From the NCBI GenBank assembly GCA_002269645.1, contig NIVC01004873.1, positions 1 through 32,659 on the forward strand: a stretch of 32,659 bases of DNA. The letters are read 5' to 3'. Below are positions 10,697 to 22,007 of the stretch, in pieces. The position numbers and the translations under genes were made by a program. This DNA comes from Macrostomum lignano. Its lineage: Eukaryota. Positions within the stretch are counted from its first letter, which is position 1. Every line of letters begins with the position of its first letter. The notes under the pieces were generated by a model that saw only the letters and a list, made by a program, of their open reading frames with translations, searched no databases and was not told where the DNA came from.

Positions 10697-13600
10697 CGCT
10701 TGAGTGAACACGAACAATAGGCTCTGACCTCATAAATCTTGATGGCCTGTCAAAATGATGAGAAAAAAGCTACCGCCCGCATCCTCTCAGACCATCTGGC
10801 GGCCGCCTCAACACTGAGTGAGGCGCAGGTGGCTGTCAGACCAGCTTCGAAAGCGATGATTTATGACCCAAAAAGCTGCGCCTATGTTATTATGACTACT
10901 AGTATGACCAAACATTATATCTAGTATAGATTCTATGACAATTCGCAGAAAAATGATAAAAATGCCCATTGCCCACTGTTAGTAGGCTAGTAAGTTTAGA
11001 GCCCGTGTGCTAGCGCGGGGTTTGGAAAAAGCGCGGCCTCATCAAAAGCTTGCTGACATCTGAGAGGTTTTCTATTGTACTGCCTTCTATCAATACTCCT
11101 GTTCATATACTCAGTTGTACGCTCGCATATTGCTTTATCTACTGTTTTTTACTCGCATGTGCAAAGTTTTTTTAGTTTATCATTATAGTGCCAGCTGCTC
11201 CATGCAAAAGTTAAATACTACTCTCCACCAAGGGGGCGATGCACAAATGATAGCATCAAATGCAATTTGCGAATAATAATTTAGGGTATACTCGTAGCCT
11301 GAAAACCTGGATCTCTCAATGAAAAAACTGAAGAATAGTACCCACGCTTGTATAAGCCAAGAACAGCAAAGTTTTGAGCAATAAAACTGACTCTGATCTC
11401 TCCGAAACAAACACCGAATGTTAAATAATGACGTCAGCAGACTTTAAAGCTGTTAGCAGGCAGTCGCCTTTGTAAAACTCGTTTGAGACACTTTCTATCT
11501 ACTGAGAGAACTCGGCGAACTTTTGCCTGTCTGGATGAAGCTGAAGCTGAAAAATGATGACGGAGATTAAAGGCACAAAAACTTGCACAGTTCGTAACTG
11601 AATTTCATAAATATATTATGATTACACTGTAGCGCTGGCTATCAAAAGATGAAGAAGACTGATTAAGTTGAGCGAAAAGTTAAATCTCGGCTGGGGGGCG
11701 ATTGCGTCTATTTAATAAAAATAAAGTACAGTTAGTTTGGGGCTGCAACCGTAAGTTCGAGTTTGGGCCATAGACAACCTAGCTTGTGGGCAGTCAAAGA
11801 AAGTACTTTTTATGAGCTGCATGAGCTGTATATTCTGTGGAATGCAGTCATATTTGCGAAGGACGGCTGCACCTAAAACTTGCTGCGTAATTTGCAGTTT
11901 GTTCTGTGTAGCCTATAAGAGTTTACGTTCCCACGCGCCTGTTTGGCAGTGTTTTAAATAAAAAGGAGAGACAGTGGAGGCGCTCGCTTCACTTTTCTCT
12001 CGCCCGCATCTGCGGGCCTAAAGGCATGGCCATTGCCTCGGCTGGGCTGTAGGCCGCAGCAGCTGGGCCCAGGAAAACCGTGCTTCGAGTTCACTTCTTT
12101 GTTATCCGACGTGAGCAGAAGGTGCAGGATGGACGCAAAATCGTACCTGTTACAATGGTTCCCTGACCGCGTGAGTCTGCTAGATGAAGTTCCTGTCGCA
12201 AAGGATAACGGAGGGTCGAATAGAAGCCGGTTGAGGACAGCACAACATCAGCAAATCGAGATCCGGCGACCAGAGGACATCTTGCGTCGTTGGCGTGCTT
12301 GACGGCATTAAGTCGCAACCGGTGGTTCAGTTCAACTGCCACCACGGTGCAGCCGCCGCCCAAACTGACGCGTGTTCAACAGCCGTTCGGATGGATCGAC
12401 AAGAAGAGTCAGCCCCGACGTCACTGTCTCGGCGACCGGCATGCAGATCAATTTTCCTGCCCTGAGGAGACCGAATGAACGCAGACCGAATGAGACCGAA
12501 TGAACGCAGGGACCGTGGGAAAAAAGTCGCTACAACACCAATAGATTAGAAAATCTTGCTTACAACTCGATTGTCTAAAAAAAGAAGGTAGAATTCTCGC
12601 AATCGAAGACAGACGGAGGGCTTAACTTTAAAGGCCGATGTGATGGATCCTGGCAGTTATTTTTATAACATAAACTGAGAGTGGGTCTTTATAGAAAAAT
12701 TCTTAAAAGAAAGCTCCATTTCTCAGGTTCGCTTTTATCTTTGAGAAAGTTAAAACTCGGACAGCCTGCTGCTTTTCTGATTAATTATTTGATTTGCAGC
12801 CAGACATAAGTTGGTTGTACGTCAATCCAAGATAGTAATAAACACAAGTAAATTGTATCTTTTACGGATGTTTCTCTTATCTATTGACTTTTCATAGAGC
12901 AGCACCAATAGTTTGGCGCCCTGGTGATGAACCCCGATGCAATTGTCTCCGACCAGGAGAAACCGGGCCTGGCGCGAAGCACACCTCCCTCAGAAACGTC
13001 TTGAATTCAGCTCGCGCGGTACCTCAATTAAGGACACTGGACGAGCTGAGTTCTTCCTTACCGCCGGCGAGGAGGACCGGCGAGACCGACAGATCCTCCT
13101 GACAAGTTTTTGGTCACCAGAGACTGGCGGAATGGGGATTCTCCTCCGCCGCCACGCTGCATCCGCCAGTTGATGCGACCCCTGCAAGCTATAAGTTAAG
13201 TAATTTAAGAGGCTCCCTGCGTCACTCTTTGTCCTTGCAAGACCCCTGCCACTTCCGTCAGGTGGAGGCCCCCTGCGCACTCACCGTTATAGTGAGGCCA
13301 GGTAAGGTACACCGTTTGAGGAAAGTCAGGAAAATGAAAGGAGGCTCACCATAGTGAGGCTATAATAGTAGTTATAGTGAGGCTCACCACGTCACTCTGC
13401 GTTTTTTTGTGGCTCCCTGCCATACTATCCGTCGTGGTGAGGCTCCCTGCTTCACTTTCCGTTGTGCTGCGACTCTTAAAATCCTTATTATTTGTTAAGG
13501 TCTTAAAAGTATGTGCTCGTTTCTTCTGACCTACTTCAATATCCGTTTAAGTTTGACCTCGCATTCAATTTGTTTGTGTGCCACTTCATAGTCAGTCATT

Positions 13601-13834
13601 ATGCAATTCTGACTAATCGCCTCTCTTTTATAAGCATATTCCGCGGTGCTTTATATTGCTTGTATTTTAACATCAGTGTCCATTCGGAATGATAGATTCC
13701 TGCATGGAAAATCAGCCGACAATGCCATTTCGCTCAAATTCTGTCTAAATAAACTTAAAAACATCACATGATTTATGAACATCACAAAATCTGAAGCCTT
13801 TGAATACAAGAAGCAAAGTTTAGGAACTTAAGTA

Positions 13835-15055
13835 CACCATTTTACCTCCTATTTTGAACAAAGTCTTGTTCATAAGAAACAAGCAGAACTTCAATTCAAA
13901 CACTTTAAGAAATATCAGCGCTTGCGGAACTTCAATTCAAACAAAGTCCCTTTCTATTGAAACAGAAGAACTTCAATTCAGACTGTCTGTGGCCAAAATT
14001 GTCCCCGAGTGACGCGCATGTGCAGATTTGAAATTCAAAATAAACAAAGTCAAATTCACATTCGACAGAGATTTTTGCACATACATTTAGATACGAGAGT
14101 ACATTTTAGTACATTAATATAATTTTTTTTCCTGTACAGAATAACTGTACAATCGTTGCGCAACAAGAAACGATATGAACGCTGAAGATCAGATTGAAAA
14201 AGACGATGAATTGCTGAAAGATGGAATCGATTAATTTGAAGCAGATTCGATGAAGATATCATGGAACAGCAGCCTCGGAAGTACGCAATTGTAAGCAACA
14301 GTGACAGAGACTGTATCATCAGGGCTGCTGATCGTGAGGGTGACTTTGTGGAACTGGCGCGCCAACTTGAGTCAAGAGGTCAACAGCGTACACGATTGTG
14401 AGGTCAGGGAGAGCGGAAAAGCAGCCTACGAGATTCCGGACACCATTCAGGTCAAGCGGCTTCCACCCTACCACCATTTTGACTCCTGTGTGGAGAACTT
14501 AATCTCTGTTGGAAGGCCGCTATGAAGAGAGCAGACCAGCAAAATTTTATCGCTCCGACAGCTGAGTAGCACGGCAATCAGTCGATGGCGGCCTATCGGC
14601 GAGACATTCTGTCATGCTGGACAGAACAATTGGCTGCATCTCTGTGGACAAGAGCACTGAGGGGTTCAACCATGTGTTTACATACGTCCCTCGCTGCCTT
14701 GGTGTTGGTGGACAGGCAATTGATGGTTAGATGTCTCAAGTTGGCCAACTGACACTGTCTTGTTCCTGTTTTTAATTTTACTCTTTATGTTCGTCGATAT
14801 GCTGTGTTTTATCCCTTTGTCGAAATAAAATGTGACTTTGTTTCTTTTGAATTTCAAATCTGCGCATGCACGTCGAGTCATTCGGGGACAATTTTGGCCA
14901 CAGACAGTCTGAATTGAAGTTCTTCTGTTTCAATAGAAAGGGACTTTGTTTGAATTGAAGTTCCGCAAGCGCTGATATTTCTTAAAGTGTTTGAATTGAA
15001 GTTCTGCTTGTTTCTTTTGAACAAGACTTTGTTCGAAATAGGAGGTAAAATAGTG
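13835..15055 (+). mobile_element. Internally deleted IS630-Tc1-mariner DNA transposon with long TIRs (about 220-230 bp) and TA target duplication
   Basis: TA|CACCATTTTACCTCCTATTT ... AAATAGGAGGTAAAATAGTG|TA. Each TIR carries three GAACTTCAATTCA sub-repeats. From 14261 a frameshifted HTH reads MEQQPRKYAIVSNSDRDCIIRAADREGDFVELARQL(G)VKRSTAYTIVR, joined near 14430 to C-terminal IQVKRLPPY..PF(L)TPVEN..WKAAMKR and ISVDKSTEGFNHVFTYVPRCL. Confidence 0.85.
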
Positions 15056-15749
15056 TAGTAAGATTAACTAGCTCCGTCATCAAGCAGATTTTTTAGCATT
15101 AAACAGCATGGACCAGTCTCTTGTTTTGTGATAACTCTGTCAATTGAAAATCCAACCTCATAGTCCAAGCTTCCAAAAACCTACACTTCCCTACCTCTTA
15201 TGCTCTTCCAGAGAAACTCCCTGAAAAGATTTCTGCTGATGAAAAGTCGTCCAGTTCGTGCACCAGACGCCCGATTGAACACTCAGCAGAATCGCATCTA
15301 CAACTACAGGCTGCTTCATTCTCCATCATCAGTGACGGTGCCAGCATCCGCGGTCCCCTACAGTACAGTGGCCAGCAAAGTCGCGTTAACAGTGGAACAA
15401 GAAGAACTTTAAAAGCGGATACCATTAACGAACAGAAACAAAGTGCTTGCCACTAGATCAGTGAAGCGCAATATGTTATAGCTGTATTGTCATTTATCTA
15501 CGCTCGTAGTTAGCGCATAAACGCTTTGTTGAAAGCCTTTGACAACAAGTCAAAGAGCTCCTTTTCTATGCCGCACCCACGGGCCAGAGTAAAAACGTTC
15601 CACTTGGTTTACTCGTACTAAAATAGTATAGTCTGGAAAAACTATTCGATTTGTCAAGCACGCCGATTCTAAAAAATAGCAATTCGTGATAAGGCAAAAA
15701 AATGAAGATTCACAGCTAAATCAAACAGCTAATTCACAACCATCAGCTG

Positions 15750-17285
15750 TCACACAGCAGAACCAGTTGAAACTCGGTAAAGACTGATGGAATCTCTATT
15801 CGGTTGGCACACGGCAAGCAGCTCGGAGTGGCCTTCAACGATGGCCAAGCCACACGGATTGTGCATTCTGTCCCCGCAACTGCCAGCCTCACCCTCGACT
15901 CCGACAGTCTGCAGCACAGTGCCGTCACTACGCATCATTCGTACCACATGCCTATCAAACTCGCTGACGAACAACAGACCTAAGCGATGAGCTGCGACTC
16001 CTGCAGGACTCTGAAGCTCATCAAGACGACTTCGCTTGGTCGGGTAGGTCGAGATCAGCTGACCGCTGGCGATGCACACTTTGTAGAGCTTTTGAGCTTC
16101 ATAATCAGTGATCAGCACCGCATGGTCAATGACCGATGTGGATTCGTAGAAGTTATTAATAGAAGGCACGCAACCGACGAAAATGCAGGTCTGCAGCTGG
16201 CCGCTGTCTTTGTCGATGCACAGCAGCTGCATTTCCGAGCCGCTTTTGTCCAGAGCAATTATCTTGTCAGAGCTGCAGGTCAGCCCCATAAATCTGACAG
16301 ACCGTACGCCGAGGCTGCTCGAGTTGAACTCGAGTGAAACCTGACCGCTCAGGTCCGACACCTTGACCACGTTTTTCTGCGAGATGTACAGAGCTTGGCG
16401 CTTGCTGTCACAGCTGAGTCCTGTGATTAGCTTGGACCAGTCGAGGTCAACCCGAACTTTCAGCCTCACGGATCCGTCAATCGAACACGCGAGAAAATAA
16501 TGTAGTTTTGATAGTGGATAAAAAGCTACAAACAGACACGGCTCGGGAAGCATCTGTGCACCATCGACCGCAGACTCCGCCTTCACCACTTTGCTGCCTG
16601 AAGCATCAGGGGAGAAGCCCTTCGTGTTGCTGCAGCATGAAACCCAATCAGGCGAACCATCGAGTCCCTGGATCTCGCTGTGGAACTCACAAATGCTCTG
16701 CTTCTCGCTCAGCGGACCAACACTCTCGCACAGCTGCATCACATCGCTCAGCTGCCTGTCAATCAGCAGCTGCAAGTCTCTCACGCCTCCGCTCACGTCG
16801 CCAATGTCTCTGCCGACTTGCTCAAAGCTGTCTCTCTTTTCATCCAAGTCGCCGCACTCCGCACTCACTGCAGCTGAGAGTGAGAGCAATGTCTTCAGGT
16901 CAGCATTGGCCTCAGCTTCAGTAAGGCCAATCTCATACTCCTGCAGCACTGACAGCTCATTCAGCTTTTGCAGGCTGCTCTCATGTCTCACAGTCAATCG
17001 GTTGAGCACAGATTCCTTGTAGGTGAGCAGCGACTCCACAGCCGACTCGAACAGCTGCTCGACGCTCTGCAGCTCGGCTGCCAGCGCTCGCTGATGAACT
17101 CGAAGGCCGTCTTGCAGACTCTTCAGCGGCTGCAGCTGCTCGAGCGCCTTCTGTGCGAGGTGGCGCACCGCGGCAGCGTCCTGAGCCAGGTGTCTTTCGC
17201 ACAGGGGCTCTGGGAGGCGAACGCCGGTGCCGGTCGGGACAGCGCTGCAGCCTCTGATGAAGCAGCTCGGGCTCGAGTCAGACAT
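15750..17285 (-). CDS. Paralog A2: intact 511-aa C3H/coiled-coil/NHL-like protein with A-type N-terminus and B1-like C-terminal blades
   Basis: Open 1536-nt frame. N-terminal half nearly identical to A1. C-terminus ([17 protein letters not shown]) resembles B1. Confidence 0.88.
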   Translation of the reverse strand: MSDSSPSCFIRGCSAVPTGTGVRLPEPLCERHLAQDAAAVRHLAQKALEQLQPLKSLQDGLRVHQRALAAELQSVEQLFESAVESLLTYKESVLNRLTVRHESSLQKLNELSVLQEYEIGLTEAEANADLKTLLSLSAAVSAECGDLDEKRDSFEQVGRDIGDVSGGVRDLQLLIDRQLSDVMQLCESVGPLSEKQSICEFHSEIQGLDGSPDWVSCCSNTKGFSPDASGSKVVKAESAVDGAQMLPEPCLFVAFYPLSKLHYFLACSIDGSVRLKVRVDLDWSKLITGLSCDSKRQALYISQKNVVKVSDLSGQVSLEFNSSSLGVRSVRFMGLTCSSDKIIALDKSGSEMQLLCIDKDSGQLQTCIFVGCVPSINNFYESTSVIDHAVLITDYEAQKLYKVCIASGQLISTYPTKRSRLDELQSPAGVAAHRLGLLFVSEFDRHVVRMMRSDGTVLQTVGVEGEAGSCGDRMHNPCGLAIVEGHSELLAVCQPNRDSISLYRVSTGSAV

Positions 17286-18981
17286 TGTGCTTGAAGAATG
17301 GCGCTGAAAATTTGCAAAATCGTTTTGATACTTTGAATGCGCCTGGCTAAAATGCTTTTATAGTTGTTTCGAGCACGACCAGCTTAGTGACTTTTACAAC
17401 ACAGGAAGGGGATGTCAGCTTAGTCGAAATACCAGAGCAGATTCTGCTCTGAATCCCATCTGATTGTGTAGAGTATCATTAATTAAAAAATGCTACTATT
17501 AGTACAATAATGCAAACATGAGGAGCAAAACTTAATCTATGAGCTAAGTTACTATTTTTATCGAAAACTATGAAACATCTATTTATAACAAAAAGAGGAA
17601 TTGTGTACGATATACACGATATATACCGAAAGGATGGTTTAGGTTGCTATTTATATTTCGCAAAACTTGTCTATAAATACAAGCGAAAAATCCGAGCTGA
17701 AATCTCAGACTCGGAGCAGCCTCGACTTGAGCACACCCAGGAACTACGAGGCTACATGTACATCTCTGAGAGAAGTAGATGCCGTTCGGTAAGCCTTTGT
17801 TCAAGTTTTCGTTATTTGATTATTGAGAGCGATTTTATTGACGGCCGTTACTGTTCAGTTGAATTTACTGAATTTTTTTGAATTTGAGGCCTCCCTATTC
17901 CTAAGGGATTGGATAGGATCTGCGGACCGATTCCAATACCCTTAGAGGATTATCAATTGATGATTTTGGTACCCTAGAGTAACCGATAGGGGCACACGAC
18001 TCCGATTCCGTTATTTAAAGAAGAAGACGCCCTTTCTTGAGAACCTCGAATCTGTGTTTAAAAAGAAATTTGTCAAACAGCAGCACAACAGTAACAGCTC
18101 TGAAAGCTTCTTTATTTCACGCAACATATTGGCAGCTGCAGGTAAAAGTAAACGCAATTGTTATCTAAAGTACGTTACTACTAAACATATCAATAAAACC
18201 AACTGCAAGACAGCAGAAACCGGTACATTAGCTTGGCTGGTACATATTTGGAAGTTTCAAAATTCAATAAAAGCTATCACAGATATTATCAGGACTCATA
18301 AAGCCTCCAATATTAGATGAGACAGATGAGTAGAAATGCATGCAATTGAGCACTGTCAAGCATCAGATTTGCAACAACTCACATGGTAAAGTCAAACACT
18401 TGAGAATGCTTTGAGTCTGAATAGAACAGATACAAATCATATTTTATTGGAGCACGGCTTAACAAATAAACTCTAACAGCAACTTTGAGTAGCCTCAAGC
18501 GGCAGAAGCTCTGATGAGACAAAAATCTGGCGCCAGCATTCATGTTTAGAATGTCACCTGATTATTCGCTTATTCTTCACTTATTCACGAAGGTAGCCAG
18601 AATAACCTGGTAGTTTAGAAGTTAAACCCACAGATGAACCTCCTGATCAATCATAATCACAGATTAACTCTACAAGCAGATTGGTGTCACCTCAGTTTGT
18701 GAGAGGAAAACCAAATCAACGCGCCAATGTAAAGTCTGCTAACAGAATTCACGAAAATTGTGTGCTCCGAGTTTGTAACTGAAATTTTGAAATTTGGCAA
18801 AGCATAACAATTTCGTAAAGCAGATCCATTTAAAAATCAAAGACGAGCTCATTTTCTATTCTGTGCTCACAGCTGCGGTAAAAAGCTCCAATTAATTGGT
18901 CCAACATGCAGATTATAAAAATAAAAATTTGTAATTCAGCAAAAACATGGCGATAACAGGTAAATTCACAATCATCCGCCG

Positions 18982-20508
18982 TCAATCAGCAGAACCAGTT
19001 GAAACTCGGTAAAATCTGATGGAGAGGCTTTCTTCCTGGCACACGGCAAGCAGCTCGGAGTGCCCTTCAACGATGGCCAAGCCATACGGATGGTTTATTT
19101 TGTCTTCGCTACTGTCAGCCTCGCCCTCGACTCCGACAGTCTGCAGCACAGTGCCGTCACTACGCATCACACGAACCACATGATTAAAACACTCGCTGAC
19201 GAACACCAGACCCGAGCGATGAGCAGCGACTCCTGCAGGACTCTGAAGCTTATCAAAACGACTTCGCTTAGTCGGGTAGGTAGAGATCAGCTGACCGCTG
19301 TCAATGCACACTTTGTAGAGCTTACCAGCTTCCCAATCGGTAATCAGCACCGCATGGTCGATGATCGACATGGATTCGTCAAATATTTGTCCATAAGGCA
19401 CGCCACCGACAGAAACGCAGGTCTGCAGCTGGCCGTTGTCTTTGTCGATGCACAGCAGCTGCATTTCCGAGCCGCTTTTGTCCAGAGCAATTATCTTGTC
19501 AGAGCTGCAGGTCAGCCCCATAAATGTGACTGGCCGTCCGAGGCTGCTCGAGTTGATCTCGAGCGACGCCTGACCGCTCAGGTCCGACGCCTTCACCAGT
19601 TTTTTGCGAGATGTACAGAGCTTGGCGCTTGCTGTCACAGCTGAGTCCTGTGATTGGCGTGACCAGTCGAGATCGACATGAACTTTCAGCCTCACGGATC
19701 CGTCAATCGAACACGCGAGAAGGTAATCCAGATCGGATAGCAAATAAAAGCTACGAACAGACACGGCTCGGGAAGCATCTGTGCACCATCGACCGCAGAC
19801 TCCGCCTTCACCACTTTGCTGCCTGAAGCATCAGCGGAGAAGCCCTTCGTGTTGCTGCAGCATGAAACCCAAAGAGGCAACTATCGAGTCTGGATCTCGC
19901 TTGGAACTCACAAATGCTCTGCTTCTCCTCGCTCAGCGGACCAACACTCTCGCACAGCTTCATCACATCGCTCAGCTGCCTGTCAATCAGCAGCTGAAGT
20001 CTCTCACGCCTCCGCTCACGTCGCCAATGTCTCTGCCGACTTACTCAAAGCTGTCTCTCTTTTCATCCAAGTCGCCGCACTCCGCACTCACTGCAGCTGA
20101 GAGTGAGAGCAATGTCTTCAGGTCAGCATTGGCCTCAGCTTCAGTAAGGCCAATCTCATACTCCTGCAGCACTGACAGCTCATTCAGCTTCTGCAGGCTG
20201 CTCTCATGTCTCACAGTCAATCGGTTGAGCACAGATTCCTTGTAGGTGAGCAGCGACTCCACAGCCGACTCGAACAGCTGCTCGACGCTCTGCAGCTCGG
20301 CTGCTAGCGCTCGCTGATGAACTCGAAGGCCGTCTCGCAGACTCTTCAGCGGCTGCAGCTGCTCGAGCGCCTTCTGTGCGAGGTAGCGCACCGCGGCAGC
20401 GTCCTGAGCCACGTGTCTCTCGCACAGGGGCTCTGGGAGGCGAACGCCGGTACCGGTCGGGGCAGCGCTGCAGCCTCTGATGAAGCAGCTCGGGCTCGAG
20501 TCAGACAT
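18982..20508 (-). pseudogene. Paralog A3: close copy of A1 with several small deletions totalling 9 nt (pseudogene or consensus error)
   Basis: ORFs 20041..20508, 19692..19880 and 18982..19764 are pieces of one gene. Deletions at about 19996, 19900, 19875-19890, 19745, 19661 and 19596-19606. Span is 1527 nt versus 1536 nt in A1. Confidence 0.8.
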
Positions 20509-22007
20509 TGTGCTTGAAGAATGGCGTTGAAAATGTGCAAAAAGTTTTCAATATATCGAATGCGCCAGGCTAAAATGCTTCATTATTGTTTTGATAGAAA
20601 ATGGATCAGCTGCGGGAGACACTGCATCAGCATTGCGCAGGACCAGCTCAGGGACTTTTACAACACCGAAAAAAGATGTCAGCTTAGTCGAACTACCGGA
20701 GCGGATTCTGTGCCGAATCCCATCGGATTGGCCACGAGGGTGCAGAGTCATAGAAAATCCCAGGTCTCAGCCTCAGTAGGTTAATTGGGGAGAACATAAG
20801 AAATCTTAAGTATCTGAGAGCTTGAGTTTTTTTAATTTACCTCATCAAATGATGCCTTCAGCTTAGCTCAGTCTTGAGGGGTTTCGGATCTACTCAGCTG
20901 GCACTTGTTGCTCTGTCTGATGCTGATTGCATGATCGTGTTTAAAATGAAATTTGTCGAACAGATCACAACAATAACAGCTCTGCAAACTGATGTATTTG
21001 AGGCAACATTGGCTGCTGCTGGTAAAAGTACACGCAGTTGTTAGCTAAAGTACACCACTAGTCACAAAAAATCAATAAACCCAACTGCAAGACAGCAGAA
21101 ACCGGTACATTAGCTTGGCTGGTAAAGATTTGGAAGTTTTAAAATTCAATAAAAGTTATCACAGATGTCATCAGGACTCATAAAAACCTTCAAGATTCGT
21201 TTGCTCGTAGTACAGATGAGTAGCAATGCATGCAATTGAGCACTGATCAGGCATCAGATTAGCAACAACTCACATGGTGCAGTCAAACACATGAGAATGC
21301 TTTGAGTCAAACTGTCTGAGCTGAATTAAAAAGACGTCAAACAAAGCCTTACGAAGCTGGCAGCCTTGGTTCTTCATCAGAGCAGCGCCTGAACTGCGCT
21401 GAGTTCGTCGGCAAATCAGATGATGTTTGAGCTCGGCCTAACAAATAAAATCACACAGCCAAAATCTAGAGCCAGCATTCATGTCCGGAATGCACCTGAT
21501 TTATTCGCTAATTCAACACTCGTTCACCCAGGTAGCCAGAAGAACTTAGCTGCCACCAAGTTAAACTCACAAATGAAACTCCCATTCATATTCAAGCAAA
21601 ATCTAAATTTAATAATCAAATAATCAAATTTGATTATTTAATAATTAATAAATCTAAATCTAAATCAGCAACAGCGAACAACTTGTAACAGCGAAACCAT
21701 ATCAACGCCTAAATGCAAAATCTGCAACCAATTTCACCAAGTTTGGACTGAAATTCTCAAAATTGGTGAAACAGATCCATTTAAAAGTCAAAGACGAACT
21801 CATTTTCTCTGCTGAAGTCATGGTTAAGGTAAAAATCCGCTTTGTTATACAAAATTACTACTGTTACCAGGCACAAATTCTAAAACTATAATGGTCAAGC
21901 TTCAATTCATGTGTCAAAACACGCAGAGCATAAAAATAGTACATTTTGATAAAGCAAAAACATGCAGATGCAGAGCTGAATCGAAAGGTGATTTACAGTC
22001 ATTTGTG

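Noticed and set aside
11940-13460. GC-rich islands with short ORFs and GAGGCTC / ATAGTGAGGC repeats
   Set aside because: No motif, TIR pair or TSD could be established; probably unclassified transposon debris.
13835-15055. CACTA/EnSpm assignment from the CAC(C/T)A...TAGTG termini
   Set aside because: The TA duplication and the HTH and LPPY..PF remnants fit IS630-Tc1-mariner; no 3-bp TSD.
15200-15460. GC-richer segment after a pyrimidine tract and AG at 15210-15211 (possible orphan exon)
   Set aside because: No recognisable protein, no partner exon in the window, low-complexity translation.
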